A program made the position numbers and the translations under genes. DNA of 63,945 nt, the filler included, from Olpidium bornovanus S191 (lineage: Eukaryota > Fungi > Olpidiomycota): NCBI GenBank assembly GCA_017911155.1. It is 30 parts of 30 records of this genome, joined end to end, with 100 filler letters (N's around TTAATTAATTAA, not from the genome) between each part and the next. Parts side by side here need not be neighbours in the genome. Positions count along the whole stretch, not along the records: positions 21,810 to 23,177 come from JAEFCI010001243.1; positions 23,278 to 24,483 come from JAEFCI010008537.1; positions 24,584 to 28,420 come from JAEFCI010007016.1; positions 28,521 to 30,804 come from JAEFCI010004075.1; positions 30,905 to 32,352 come from JAEFCI010010372.1; positions 32,453 to 33,815 come from JAEFCI010001549.1; positions 33,916 to 36,790 come from JAEFCI010013194.1; 23 more parts are not named here. One strand, written 5' to 3'. The notes under the pieces are model-generated. The model saw only the letters and a list, made by a program, of their open reading frames with translations, was not told the origin of the DNA and did no database searches. Numbering within the stretch: the first letter of the stretch is position 1; every line of letters begins with the position of its first letter. Shown here piece after piece: positions 22,401-36,890 of the stretch.

Positions 22401-23009
22401 GACAGGTCTTACTGAGGCATCCCCAATTTCCAGAGGCGTTGGCAAGATTGGCCCTCTTGAAGTATTCCTTGACCTTTTTGCGGGAGGCGTTGTGGAGAAA
22501 GCTTCCGCGTTCACATCCGGAATCCTCAATGATACGACTTGCAAAGGGACAGCCGAGTACGGCAGGAATAAAGACAGAACTCAGACGAAGAGACGATAAC
22601 GAATCTGGGGGCGAGCGACGGCTAGAGATACGGCTAATTTTGCCGAGAGAGCGAGACACGGGGTGAAATAAACGCGCAAGGGAGAGAAGATTTAATAAAA
22701 CGTGTTAGACCGGGGAGAGGGAATGAAGGAACGCGATGCGAAGAGGAATAGGTGCCGCCAGGGGTATTTAGTTAATCAGCCCTCCTTGAGATAGAAACTC
22801 TTCAGGGCAGTCGCCGTCCAAAAAAAAATAAGACAGCAAAAGAGTTCGGTGCGGCGCGACGAGTGAGCGAGGAGGATGGGAAAGAGGGAGTAGAGACTGA
22901 GGCTGCGCGCGCAGAAAGAAAAGAAGCAATAGAAAACACGTTCCAAGGATCATAGGAAAAATTGCCTTATCTCTGCATTGTTCTCCCTTGGAAGAGCCCT
23001 GGGCCACAA

Positions 23010-23176
23010 TTGTTGGCTGTCAGCAACTGAACCTGTTTCCGACTCAACAGCGTCTCCGCCTCTTCCCAGGTAATGGCATCGTCCGTCCATTTTGCCTTGA
23101 AACAAAGCGCTTTTCCCTTGACGCACCTGCACGCTAGGATTTCCTTAACGACGCGAGGGGTTAACACACTTTCCAT
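23010..23176 (-). other. Chromodomain-like coding fragment (host protein or chromovirus-derived)
   Basis: RVVKEILACRCVKGKALCFKAKWTDDAITWEEAETL fits the chromo pattern VxxIL...(Y/F)xVKW...TWE. Cut by the contig edge. Confidence 0.55.
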
Positions 23177-24586
23177 GNNNNNNNNNNNNNNNNNNNNNNN
23201 NNNNNNNNNNNNNNNNNNNNNTTAATTAATTAANNNNNNNNNNNNNNNNNNNNNNNNNNNNNNNNNNNNNNNNNNNNACCATGTCAGCGTAAGACCGCTT
23301 CCCCGGCGTCCTCTGCCGACAGCACGATCGGAAAAAGCGCGCGATAGGTGTTGAATTTGGCGCGCATCTGACCGCAGCCGTTTACCGTTTCCGATAATTG
23401 TGCAACGGTAAGCGCACCGCGGTAGGCGATGTTCGGGTTCCTTAGGCGCGGTACTCTCTGGACGGAGACTTGTCCCGAGCCTACGCCGGGTAGATGATAT
23501 CAACGAAGCGGCGTTGACGCGCAGTCAGATGGCCGGTACGGCTGCTACCGCCCCGCCCCCCCCCCCCTTTTTTTTTCTCTCTTTTTTTTCTTGTCTCTCT
23601 CTCTCCCGCAGAAAATGCAACACGTTTCGCCCAACGCGGTGCTCGGCGGGGAAGGCGCACGGCTGAGGGGAAGACAACAGGGGCGGCGGACGGTAACCGA
23701 ACAGCAGATCCATCAAGGCGCCGGCTCAGGAGCCGGACGTCGTCGCCGCCGCCGTTCCCACAAGCTCCGCCTGTTTGGGGACAAGCCCACGCGGGGAAGC
23801 GGCTCACGCACAGCAGAAGAAGCAGCAGTTCCGGTGAAAGCCCGGCCGGTCGAGAAGCCGAGAAGCCGGGCGGCAGGGGGCAGCAGCTATGGCGTTGTGG
23901 TTTGGCGTGCGGCGGGGGGAGGCGGGCGGCGGCGAGCCGTTCGGAGAAGGTGGGCGGTTCCGGGCTGACAACCCCGTCGTCCTCGTGCCGGGCAGGCGGG
24001 GGCCGCTCTCGCCCGGCCCCGTTTCCAGCGGGCGACACGCACTCACGCACACACGCACACACCGGGACTGCGGGGGCATCGTCACCACGAGGGAGAAAAA
24101 AAAAAAAGGAAAAGAAAAAAAATGCCCGATGACCGGAAACCCCTCGTAGATTCCACAGGAGAGAGGCCTTGCATGGCAAATGCCGTCGCTTCTTCCCGTT
24201 TTTAGCAACGGCAAACCGCGCACATGAAAAGGGCGCTGCTGGTCATCCGGGCGGTTACATCAGCAGGCAAACACAGACATCAAAAAGAATAGGACGGCAA
24301 CAAGCAAACGTCCCGACCCCGCCTCTCCTACGGTGCCCACACTGCAACATCTCCTTCCAGGGCGCCACAGTGGCAATCCCAAACTCCATTTTGACCGAAT
24401 TTCTCCTGTTAGAACAAAACCCGATAGTTCGGTGACGAGAGACCGATTGTTTTGGTGGACGACAAACTGATGAACCGCTGAGGNNNNNNNNNNNNNNNNN
24501 NNNNNNNNNNNNNNNNNNNNNNNNNNNTTAATTAATTAANNNNNNNNNNNNNNNNNNNNNNNNNNNNNNNNNNNNNNNNNNNNCCA

Positions 24587-24630
<44 letters not shown>

Positions 24631-25072
24631 CAGCGCGCAGGGCGAAACTGGATTCGGGCAAGTTTATTTTCCTGCGGGATACCGAATATTAAATTCTTCC
24701 TACGTAAACCAACTGTGCCGTCAAACGCTATTATACTACAACTCCCACAGTATGCACTGAACTCATGTTCTTCCTTGTACATATGGAATATTTTAGATTA
24801 GATATCCAGCTATTTGCGATAGCGGTCAATGGCGTGCTAATGCGCGAGAGGAAAGCCCGGTTTCCGGCGATGACTTCAGCTGCACCAGCGTGCCGAAAAG
24901 GTCGCGAAGCCCACAGCTGGGGCTGCAGAAGGATGAGACATGTGGGTATGGTAGGCGTGGCAGAAAACCGAACCCGCCGTTTTAGGGAGGTTGTCGGCTA
25001 GCGTGTTGGGAAGGCAGAAAGGAACAAATCACCGATAAAGCGGCAAAGAGGGCGATGCGAGCGCGCCGCTCT

Positions 25073-27075
25073 TCAAAACCGCTCCCGGGAGAAGGAGAAT
25101 TTCACGTCCGCGGACGAGGCGCCTCGGCACGCCCGGCGGAGCTCTCGCTCGAGCGACCTTGGCCCGCAGAAGAATACACCGACGGTCGGCACCTTCCGAC
25201 GCCTGCCGCCGCAGGGAAGACCGGCCGGAGGAGGCGGCCGGCTGGGGTGCGGCGCGAAAGCGCCGGTGACGATGGACGACCTCAGGGACTCGAACACGCG
25301 CCTGAACTCCGGGCGGCCGTAGTACGTTCTGGCACCCCGAAGGTCGGTGAGCGCGTCGGCGGTGCCGTCCGAGTCGTTTATGACGATGTTGTGGATCTCT
25401 GTCCGCGGCACGGCCTCCGTCAGGTAGATGTGGAGCCGCACTCGGAGGTCGGGCGAGGCGATGTCGCCGTCCAGCTCAAGCAGCAGGTCGTGGAACCAAG
25501 CGAACGATTGCTTCTGTCGAGCGACCCAAAAGAACTCCACGCGGCGCAGCCGAAAAAGTTGGCGGCGTTTGGCGTTATAGCTGAGGTGGGGCGAGAGTCC
25601 TTGTCTCAGTTTTTTTTTGTTCCTGCAGGAGGGATAGGAGGAAAAACAAAAAAGAAAAAGAAAAAGAAAAAGAACCCCCCCCCCCCGCCCCCGCCTTTCC
25701 CGAGATGCCCGTCCGCATTGCAAACGCAACTATATAGTCTTTAGGACGCTCGCGAAAGGCGTAACCCCGATACCCGCTCCGATCAACACGGCAGTCTCGT
25801 GGCAGAAGACGTCGGATGCTGGCGCACCGAATGGCCCGTCGACCCGGAAAGTGGGCAGGGTGATCTCAGCCGGGATCGCCTCGCCTGCGGCGCACCCAAC
25901 CATCCTAGCCAGGTCGGTCGTCCAGTCGCCGAATTGCCGTATGTGCATAGAGACATACGGTTCGCAGGGCGACGATGTAATGGTGAACGGATGCCTTGCG
26001 AGAAACCGGTGATCAAAATTAGAGCCAGCGTCGGAGAACGGACGATGTATTCGGCGGGGTTGACAACCGTACGCGTAACCAAGCAATCCAAAGCAGATAT
26101 AGCGAACCTTTCTATTCAAATGCTCTCACCATTGGTATCGTGACAATTCTGGCACGTTGAGCATTAAATACTGGCCGGAACGGTACCGAAAGTTTGGGAT
26201 CTCTAGCTGAATCTCGAAGGTATCGACCGGATGTCGAACAATTTTGGTCACGCGGGTCTTCCGAAGAGCCATTATCTGCCTGCTGATGGGCTCGAGAAGA
26301 TAGAACACGTAGCCCGCGACGATAAAGCGCCACGAAAAGAGTCCGCTACAGGCGCCGTCACGGCGCACAACGAGGCATCCGCACCCGTGAAATAGTAGCA
26401 AGAGAACGAAAGCAAGGGAAACGTGGTGCGTGTAGTAAAAGCATTCGAAGCAAGTTTTTCGCACCGATCTCGTGGATGTGGTGTAGATCAAGAGCATGGC
26501 CAGGAGCATGAGGTGACCGGTGGTTCCCGCCCACGTCCCGTATTGTAGCGCGAAAGCGGACGCGTAGCCCAACTTTTCCAGCTTGTAAAAATTCGCGTAA
26601 TGGGCTTGCCAAGTTGATAAAAAGGGAGAAGCGTAGGATGTCAGCAAAGCCGTCCCAAGTACGTGGAACCGGGACGAATTCGAGCGGCCAAATTTTTCAT
26701 TTCGCGGGGATCGGCTTGCATCGTTCGTCCAGCCGCGACCGCGCAAGCCCACCTACCGCCCGCGTGCACGGCGGTGAACAGCAGCAACGAGCACGCAGTC
26801 GCCTTGTGGAACTGGATGCTCTCGTCCAAACTCGCGCGGAAGCAGACTCTCGGCCTGATTTTGGTCAGCAGCTTGCGGCACACCGGCAAGAAGAGCACGG
26901 AAGAGTCGAACGCGAGGACCAGCGCGGCCCCCCGCGAGGCGGGGAACGAGCCGCCCAGTGCGGCGAACGCGTCGGCAAAATCGTCGTTCGCCGCCTTGTA
27001 CGCTCCGTACGCGAACAGAGCGCCGTGCAGCGCTGACCACAGGACGTAGAAGATCCAGCGCAGAGCCGTCGCCAT
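25073..27075 (-). CDS. noxA: NADPH oxidase, gp91phox/NoxA-type, apparently complete
   Basis: Exon 27075-26757 (SRGAA, FHK...AVHAG) splices to AHYANF...FYYTHH...FHG, giving all four heme His. Also SGQY, QW|HPFTITSSP (FAD), DGPFGAPA, GAGIGVTPFASVLK (NADPH), GRPEF, VGVFFCGP and terminal RERF*. No EF-hand N-terminus. Confidence 0.96.
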
Positions 27076-27815
27076 GGAGCAGACCGGCGTGTGGGGAGTG
27101 GGAGGCCAAGCGGCCGAAGGGGCCCGGGGTCGTACGTGGGGGTGGCCCGAGCGAACCCGCCTGGATCACGTGACACCGAGATCGCGAGTCCGCGGGCACG
27201 CCAAAAAAAAAAAAAAGGAAAAAAGGAACAAAAAACGGACGCAGCACCCGGAACCCCGGAATCGGTATCAGAAGCCGCCCCGAGCGCCGACGGTCGAAGT
27301 CCCCGAGGTCCCCGGTCCCCCGCACCCGGTGCCCCGCGGACGCCCGAGCCGACAGCTTTCCCGTCTTCGCCTGCCATCGACCTTTGTGTTTATCCCAGGT
27401 AATTCCGGAAAAGAGTGGCGGCTGGGCCGAAGTAGCGGCCCCTCCCGCCCTACCTATCGAGCGCTGCAAGCAGGGCGCGCCCTACGTCGCAAGAGCGTAA
27501 CGGAAGCCCGCTTCGTGCCTGCTTACTGCGTCACCACGTTTTGGTCCAACGCCGAGCCGCCTTTGCTCCTCCAGACGTTGGGGTCGGGTGAACTCCACGT
27601 TTGTCTTCTCCCCGGGACCCGGCATTCCAGGGAACTTAGTGATTCCCGCCTGCGCGGCCTCTCACTCGTTATTTTGTGCGGCTTTACCCCTGGCGGCCCG
27701 GGCCCAACAGCGCCGCGGCATCCGATTGGTCGACCGGCCGGCTGTGATCTAACTATCGACTGCGACTTCGTGTTTTCCTACAGCGTTTGCGAGGCCTTTG
27801 GGATTGTATTTCGCT

Positions 27816-28244
27816 ATGTCGACGGCCGAAGCGGAGGTTGACGTTGACTCCGTGATTGAGAGGCTCTTAGAAGGTCCGCACCGAAACTCTGACGGGCACG
27901 CATGTTTCATATTCTCACCGGCCGAGGATTGGCGTTGGTGGAGGCGCACTCGAAATGAAAAGACGAAAAATGCGGAACGTGCACGACACCACGTCGCCCC
28001 CGGGACCCCGCTGTCGGCTATGGCGGGTCTGCTTCCTTCGTAGAGAACACTTCTTCTCTCGTCCAACGTTGATCTTCTCGGAGATCTAATCAAACGACGT
28101 TCGTTCATTGAGTACGAGGATGCCGTCCAGGAAAGCAGGTGCAACTACAAGAGCACGAAATCCGATACATTTGCACCAAAGCCCGCGACATCTTCATTTC
28201 CCAACCTATACTGCTCGAGCTTGAAGCGCCCATCAAAATATGCG
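27816..28244 (+). CDS. GLC7: Protein phosphatase 1 catalytic subunit, first two exons, 3'-truncated
   Basis: [19 protein letters not shown]|[45 protein letters not shown]. Exons 27816-27873 and 28113-28244. Confidence 0.96.
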
Positions 28245-28980
28245 GTATGCTGTTGCTTCTTCTTCCTTTTTTTTCGGCGTTCGGGCCATTCCGCGAAGCC
28301 ATGTCAGCTTTGGACTTTGGCGCCAGGGTGTTCTCGCTTGATGCACATATTGAATTCCGTTACTGGGTTCCTTACGGTTCGCCCTGGGTGGCTTACGTGG
28401 GCCTTGTGCGTTTATTTCTCNNNNNNNNNNNNNNNNNNNNNNNNNNNNNNNNNNNNNNNNNNNNTTAATTAATTAANNNNNNNNNNNNNNNNNNNNNNNN
28501 NNNNNNNNNNNNNNNNNNNNAACAGGCGATTCGCCGGTTTGCCGAAGCGAAACTCCATCCGTCGCCGACATACACGCTTTGCGAGCCTTGCATTATGAGA
28601 AAACTCCGCCAAGGCCACATCCTCCTTCGATGACATCATGCAAACTCAACACACTAATTTGCAGCGACATCCAAATTGTGAACATCGTTTGTCAAGTTCC
28701 ACTCTCGCCACGTACGCACATATTTCTTCTCGTCCAAAAGCTGTCAAGGACGTTCTGCGTACTTCCGCTTTCCTTTGGTTTTAAAACCTCAACAGAGGGG
28801 GGAAGCATTTTAGAGCGTGGTGTGTTTTTCCGTGTGTGTGGAATAGCGAACAATGCCTAGTGTTTTTCTCCTGACCACGGCGCAAAAACGAAGTGAAAAC
28901 GAGCCGCCCCGGAAACGAAGGGAACGCACGCACGCGATGATCGAGGTCAGAAGATCACGAGCAGCAGCACCACCGCAAAC

Positions 28981-30720
28981 ATGTCTGTAAGGATCCGGCC
29001 ACCATCACCATCGCCGCCATTGCCGCCGCCAATGCCGTCGTCACCATCTGAACCGGCTTTGCTGAGAGTGCCGCAAGTACTCATTTTCCATGGGCCTTCT
29101 TACCTGGTTCCGTATCCCGGAGGGGCCCCTGATTCAGGGCGACTTCTTGACGACGTTATTAATTTTTGGCAGGAAGTTGGGCCCTTTGAAGAAGCTGTCA
29201 GCAGGACGGCAGCGCCAGCAAGGAGATCCGAGTCAACTAAAGCAAGAGTGACACCGACAGTGCGCACGGGCAAAGCCATTGCCATACCGTTAGCTTGAGA
29301 AAGCCAACGGAGATTATAACCCGGAAGTCATACGCAGTGTCATTTGGGCAATTCGGTCCACAGTAGACAATATTGTAATCGAGCAACGGAAAGTCCAACT
29401 CGTGAGGATTTCTAATGATGAGAAAATGGTGCGCAGCTTTGGCATTCTCAGGAAAGTTTCGGCCATTTGTCGAGGGAAAACGAGAAGCATCAACTTATTC
29501 AATTTTAGACATATTAGAAAACCATCGACGTCTTTGTTTTGTCTTGTTTGGTGCGGTGGAGTCGCAGCTACTTTTACAATGTTTGGGACGAGCCAAGGCC
29601 CCCCTTCCACCGCTTTCCCCAACCACACACTTCCCGACTCTGCCGCCTACCTCCAGGGAGGCTTGCAGGAGAAAGCCCGTCCTGCGGAGGCCACCCACTG
29701 GAACTTCGTTCCGTGCTCGCGGTAAGAAGCCGAGATCCCCCGGTTAAACCGCGTGCTGCGGGGAGAGCACTCGCCTGTGCAGACGCGGGAGAACGTTGGC
29801 CGCCGGAAGCACGCACAATCCGCCCCACCCCCTCTCCGAGGCAACTCCTCCACCCACGTTCCTCCCGCGGTGATGAAAGCCAACACCTTTGACCTGAGAT
29901 CCTCCTGGGCGTCCGCCGTTTCGCTTTCCTTCATGGAAGCTTTACGGGATGCAAACTACCAGGAGGCGTCGAAGACGGCTGGTTCTAATCTTCTCTCTGA
30001 GCGGTTCTTTTCTCTCTTATTTTTCTTTTTTCTTTCTCTCCTTATTTCTCCGGTGGCCGGCACGGGAAACACGTTACCGTTTGCCATTCCCGAACTCTTT
30101 ACGACACTCAGACGCCTACTGACCTTCACCCCGTTTTTGCTCGCCTCTTACGTGGGAGCTGGCCAGGACAGGATGGAGGCTGGCACTCCCGCGTTTTTGC
30201 AGAGGCAGGACGGGAGCCAGCCGTCGGGTGAAGGGACCGACGACGACGACCTGCCGACTCACTTCGCGAAGCTGCTGGAGCAGAACAAGCACAGGAAGGC
30301 AGCCTCACTTGACGCGTTGTTTTTGCTGGTCGAAGCAGACGTTGTGGTTTGGAAGGAGATAAAGAAAGGTTTGCATTGTTTTCTCGTTTCCTTTTCGTTA
30401 GCTCTTGCCTTTGTCTCAACGGCACCCTAAGCATGCCGTTTCCGCTTTTTTTTGCGGCGGAGGTGATTGTGCGATGCGCTAGTCGGTCGCGCGCAATTTC
30501 AGCTGACGTCCTTTTCGCTCGTTTCTACTGAAATAATGCTGCAATCTCTCTCGATGAAGACTGCGCTCTCTTCCTTGCGACAGGGCACAACGACGCCGTA
30601 AATGATCTGTTGAACGACGATTGGATTCACAAAAATGGAGAGCGTATTATGTGGCCACGTCGGGGAATGGTATAACAATGCGCAAGGCTTGGTAACACAA
30701 CCAGCGCCGACGACATTCAG
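28981..30720 (+). CDS. Probable multi-exon gene of unknown function
   Basis: Several protein-like segments (DYNPEVIRSVIWAIRSTVDNIVIEQRK; LPFAIPELFTTLRRLL; HFAKLLEQNKHRKAASLDALFLLVEAD) with nearby GT/AG sites. The splice model is unresolved and no family was recognised. Confidence 0.3.
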
Positions 30721-30904
30721 ATTGTGTGCAAAAAGGTAGGTTTTACAGCAAAACAGATGTTGATCTATATGTTGCCGGCGCTTCGCAACGCTCAGCTGTC
30801 ATGGNNNNNNNNNNNNNNNNNNNNNNNNNNNNNNNNNNNNNNNNNNNNTTAATTAATTAANNNNNNNNNNNNNNNNNNNNNNNNNNNNNNNNNNNNNNNN
30901 NNNN

Positions 30905-31082
30905 GGGGCCGGAAGGAGACCCGCTGGACTCGGTCAAGTTCTGGACGGACCTGCGGAGTTTCCTGCGTCGGCAGCCCTTTCCGGGCGGTGACGCGCAAGC
31001 GGACGCGGTTTTAAGAGAATTCATGGGTCCCTACAAGTCGCGTGTCCCGGACGATTTGGGGGACGTGGAGATGAAGATGTAG
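30905..31082 (+). CDS. C-terminal fragment resembling the fungal Get5/Mdy2 (UBL4A-like) C-terminal domain
   Basis: PLDSVKFWTDLRSFLRRQPFPGGDAQADAVLREFMGPYKSRVPDDLGDVEMKM* resembles the FWxDLxxFL...A..V...F motif. Short; resemblance only. Confidence 0.4.
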
Positions 31083-31306
31083 ATAACCGCCGCAAAAAGT
31101 CAACCGCGCATTTTCCGTTCTTCTCTCCCCCCCCCCTTCCCCCCCGCCAGGCTTCGTTGAAAAACTCTTTCCTCCGTCGATCTCCTCACCGCAGTTAACC
31201 CAAAATAAAAAGACAGAAACCCATTTGTCCTCTCAAAGGGTTATGAGCACAAGTGGGACCTGACGACGGCCATCCTCGTCACCTTTGCAGCGCGCCGTCA
31301 CCGCCG

Positions 31307-31477
31307 CCGGCTTCCGCAATTCCCCCGACTGTCGACGCCATCGCCGTCGCCGTCGGCACCGCCCGTTGACGCCATCTCGTCGCCGCCGGCTCCTGCAGCT
31401 CTGCCGACAGTCGACACCATCTTCGTCGCTGCCGGCTCTCGCAATTCCTTCGACAGTCGACGCCATCTTTGTCGCCG
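31307..31477. repeat. Degenerate ~46-bp minisatellite (core CGACAGTCGACGCCATC), 3 copies plus a partial
   Basis: Copies start at about 31307, 31387 and 31432. Confidence 0.7.
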
Positions 31478-33915
31478 TCAGCACCCGCGGCTCCGTCGAC
31501 CCCCGAGCATGGCGGACAGCACAACTCGTGAGCGGGCCCGCGCTCGCTCGCCCCCGAAATTTTTCCGCGGGCCCGCGTGCGCGCGCTGGCCCCCGCCGCC
31601 ACGGCCACGTGCGACCACAACCATGACTACTACCCGCGCCAAGGCAGCGCTCCTTAAGGAACCTCAGGACGTTTAACAAGAGCAAAAAAGCGACAGGACG
31701 ATGTCAGAAATGGCCCTGACCCCGCATCATGCACAGACATTAAGCAGCGCGATACTGCTGCACTCCCACGCGTCACCAAGTTGTTCAATATTGCTGAATC
31801 CCTAGGTCGCCAGGAACGAGCGGGTTGAAACCCGAAACGCGTTCCTCTTTCCACTCGGGTCCCCAACGAGTATATCGAAAAGACGGTGTCCAGATACCCA
31901 GGACACATGCGGTGGTATCAGAACACCGGAGTTAAGCAGAGTGAGATGACGGAAAAGAGAGGGCAGTGGAAACGGCACCATGAGCTTTGAGACTGACCAA
32001 CAACCCCCCAGCACGTCATCGGAATCAAACCACACGATCGGCCAGTTCCCATGAAGCGGTCGTCCACGAAGCCGATGAGAAGGCGGATCGACTTTAAAGC
32101 GTCGCTGATCGTTGACAGACAGTTCAGTTTGACGAAACTGCTGTCTTGCGGCTGTGCTCATCCGTCGGGCGAATAAGCGTACACGGCGGGCAAACCGTGA
32201 CCACGCGGAGCGATGGGCGCGCTCCAATCGACATGGACTTTTAGGCGCATTTTAGGAGCACGGACGGAACGTTCGGGGAATAAACGCCGGTGGATGTTGA
32301 TGGCGGACGATGTGGAAAAAATTCCGCTTTGACCGCGGAAAGCTTGCAGAGANNNNNNNNNNNNNNNNNNNNNNNNNNNNNNNNNNNNNNNNNNNNTTAA
32401 TTAATTAANNNNNNNNNNNNNNNNNNNNNNNNNNNNNNNNNNNNNNNNNNNNCATAATTCCCGCTCCGCTCAAACACCCCACACCCCCCCACTTCCACCC
32501 CCTAAAACAGGAAAAAAAAAAACATAAAAAAGAAAAGGAGAGAAAACGCCAACGCACGGCGCCTGAGAAACGAGAAAATCCCCGGCCCGGAGTCGCACCA
32601 CGGGAGCACCGCCAACCAACCAACCAACCGCTGCCCCCGTCTCGCGCCCCGCGAAGCCCCGGCCGCTGCACAACGGTCGCGTCGCCCCCGGGTAGGCGAG
32701 CGCAAGCCGCCTACCGGGGCTGCAGCCGGTGCCGCGTGGCGCCGCTTCCTCCCAACCCCACCCCACCTCCCCCGCGCGTCCCAGTGCGACAAAAACGAAA
32801 ACTGAAAACCGGGTCGGTTCGAATACAAAAGGTCGTACTTCGAGAACGGGCAGCCGCGGGGCCGAAGGCCAGAAACGGCGCGGCCCGCGAAACCCTGCCA
32901 GGACAAGTTTTCTGCCGCTTGGACTTGACGTTATGTTATTGCGGTACTTTATTTCCTTGTGCGGCGCCTTCACGGCGAGTCCTGCGCTCCGGCCGCCGGC
33001 TCCTGCTAATTTTGCATCCGATCTCGCGCGCGCGTGTAGATCCCCCTCGAGCCCAAACGCGCAGACGACGTCCCTCGTGCGCATCCCGCGCAGCCCTGAC
33101 CGGCCGATCTAAGACAACCGGGGCTGACTCCTCAAAACTTTTTTTATCCTTGGGCGGTTGATCGGCCTACCGAGCGAGGAGAAACAAACGGGAGTCGGCG
33201 CTGTTTACAACGGCCGAACGTGAGCAACAAGCGCGAGTCGGCGCTGTTCACAACGGCTGAACCCGAGGCCGCCTTTCTGGATTTGTGATCCTCCCCCCAC
33301 GCCACTGCTCGTCAAACCGCGTTCTCCTCCCCAGGGGTTTCTCTATTTTTAATGCTGCTTCCTGGCCAATTTTTTTTTTGCCTCGTTTTGGTCACAAGCC
33401 CATCATGATATAAAAAAAGAAAATGAGTGCGGCGCCGGAAGCGAACTCACTGTTCTGTTCCAACGCACACCAGTATTCTTACGCGAAACGGAGGAAGCGT
33501 GGGGGAAAACGGGGAAAGTCCTCACTAATCCGGCGCTCATCCGCGCTCAATGTGAAACAAAGACCGCGATACTGTTGAATGTTTGCTTTTTCGGCTTTTT
33601 TATCTCTCCTCTTTTTTTCTCTTTGTATATTTCCGTTGTTATCTTTGCAGTATCTAATATTTTGATTCGTTTTCTTTTTTTCCTTTTCTTCTTTTTAGTC
33701 GATGTCTTTCTTTTGATTCCTTTCCCCCCACACGCCTTTTTTTTCTTCCTTTTTTGTAATCGGTGTATGTGGCGACATCGTATGTGAGCGTGACCGTGAG
33801 CCGCCCCAGCCCTTCNNNNNNNNNNNNNNNNNNNNNNNNNNNNNNNNNNNNNNNNNNNNTTAATTAATTAANNNNNNNNNNNNNNNNNNNNNNNNNNNNN
33901 NNNNNNNNNNNNNNN

Positions 33916-35669
<1,754 letters not shown>

Positions 35670-35900
35670 CGTGGCGCGCACACCGCAAATGCTCCTGGGC
35701 GAAGAGATGGGAGGCAGACTACATCGTGCGCGGCATGCTGCACGGCGATGTACTTGGCTTCTCTGCTTGACCGGACAGTGTACGACTGCTTGCTGCCGCA
35801 CCAGAGGACAGCGGGGCATCCCGTCAAAATGATGTATCCGTCACGACTCCTTCGTGTTGGCTGACATCCCGCCCTGTTCGAATCGGCGCAAGCTAATAAT
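35670..35900 (-). mobile_element. Ty1/copia RNase H relic
   Basis: LLACADSNRAGCQPTRRSRDGYIILTGCPAVLWCGSKQSYTVRSSREAKYIAVQHAAHDVVCL (cf. YxDADWAGD..RRSTSGY...ISWxSKKQ..VAxSTxEAEYxA). Confidence 0.85.
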
Positions 35901-36890
35901 GGCGCCAGTCTAAAATGATGCACGTGAGCATCAATTTCGCCCTGGCCGGCTGTTTCGCATAAGTACCAGGAGGACACGCTTCAAAACTGAAGTCGGACTT
36001 GCGCATTTTGCTTTTTTGCCCTGCGCTTCCGGATTCGCGAGAAATCGACCACTCGAAGGTCGCGTTAACCAGTTTATTTGCGCAACGGCCCGGGTTTCCC
36101 GATCAGCCGTTATTTTGTGCGCTCGCGCGCGCGCGTGTGTGGTGTGGGGCTCCAGCTCGACCTTCCCGCGCCAGCAGGAGAAAAGCGGGTTGCCCGTCTC
36201 CGTGAGAGGTGCGCCGCGCTCAAATTAACGGTTGATCGGGCCTTCCTCGAGAGTTCGAAATCCGAAACGGACCCGCAAAGGAGCCGTTTGGCGGCGGCGG
36301 CGGCGGCGGCGCGCCCCGGACGAAAAGAAGTTTTTGGCGGTCTAGCAGCGTGCAACACGCGCGAGCCGCGCATTTCAAGCGCGCCGTCGTCCGATCTCGT
36401 CGGCCGCGTCGGAAATCTATCCCCACCGCCCCACCCCCTTCCCCCTTCCAGCCGCAGCGCGTTTAAAGTAGGCAAAAAAAAAAAAATAAATCGAACTTCT
36501 CACCCTTTTTGGTTTTGGTGGCAATTGGAAGACCAAAGGCTGGCGGGCTTTTATTTCCCCACGAATAATTATGTTACAGTTCCGGAATGGGGGAAGGACG
36601 AGGGGGGCATAAACTCTACAAGAAGGGGGGAGGAGCGAAAGGGGGGGGGGAGAGGGGGGGCCTGTGGCCGGCGGAAGGGGGGAAGAAGGCACCTGCGCAT
36701 AACTTTGTACATTGTTGCAGAGTTGGAGGGGGGAAAGAAAGGAACGGGCGGGGGAGATCGGGGGGGAAGGGTCGAGTTAGATATTACACANNNNNNNNNN
36801 NNNNNNNNNNNNNNNNNNNNNNNNNNNNNNNNNNTTAATTAATTAANNNNNNNNNNNNNNNNNNNNNNNNNNNNNNNNNNNNNNNNNNNN

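Noticed and set aside
31913-31924. TGGTATCAGAAC resembling the tRNA-iMet primer-binding site of LTR elements
   Set aside because: One mismatch, no adjacent LTR-terminal CA at the expected distance, and no gag ORF recognised downstream.
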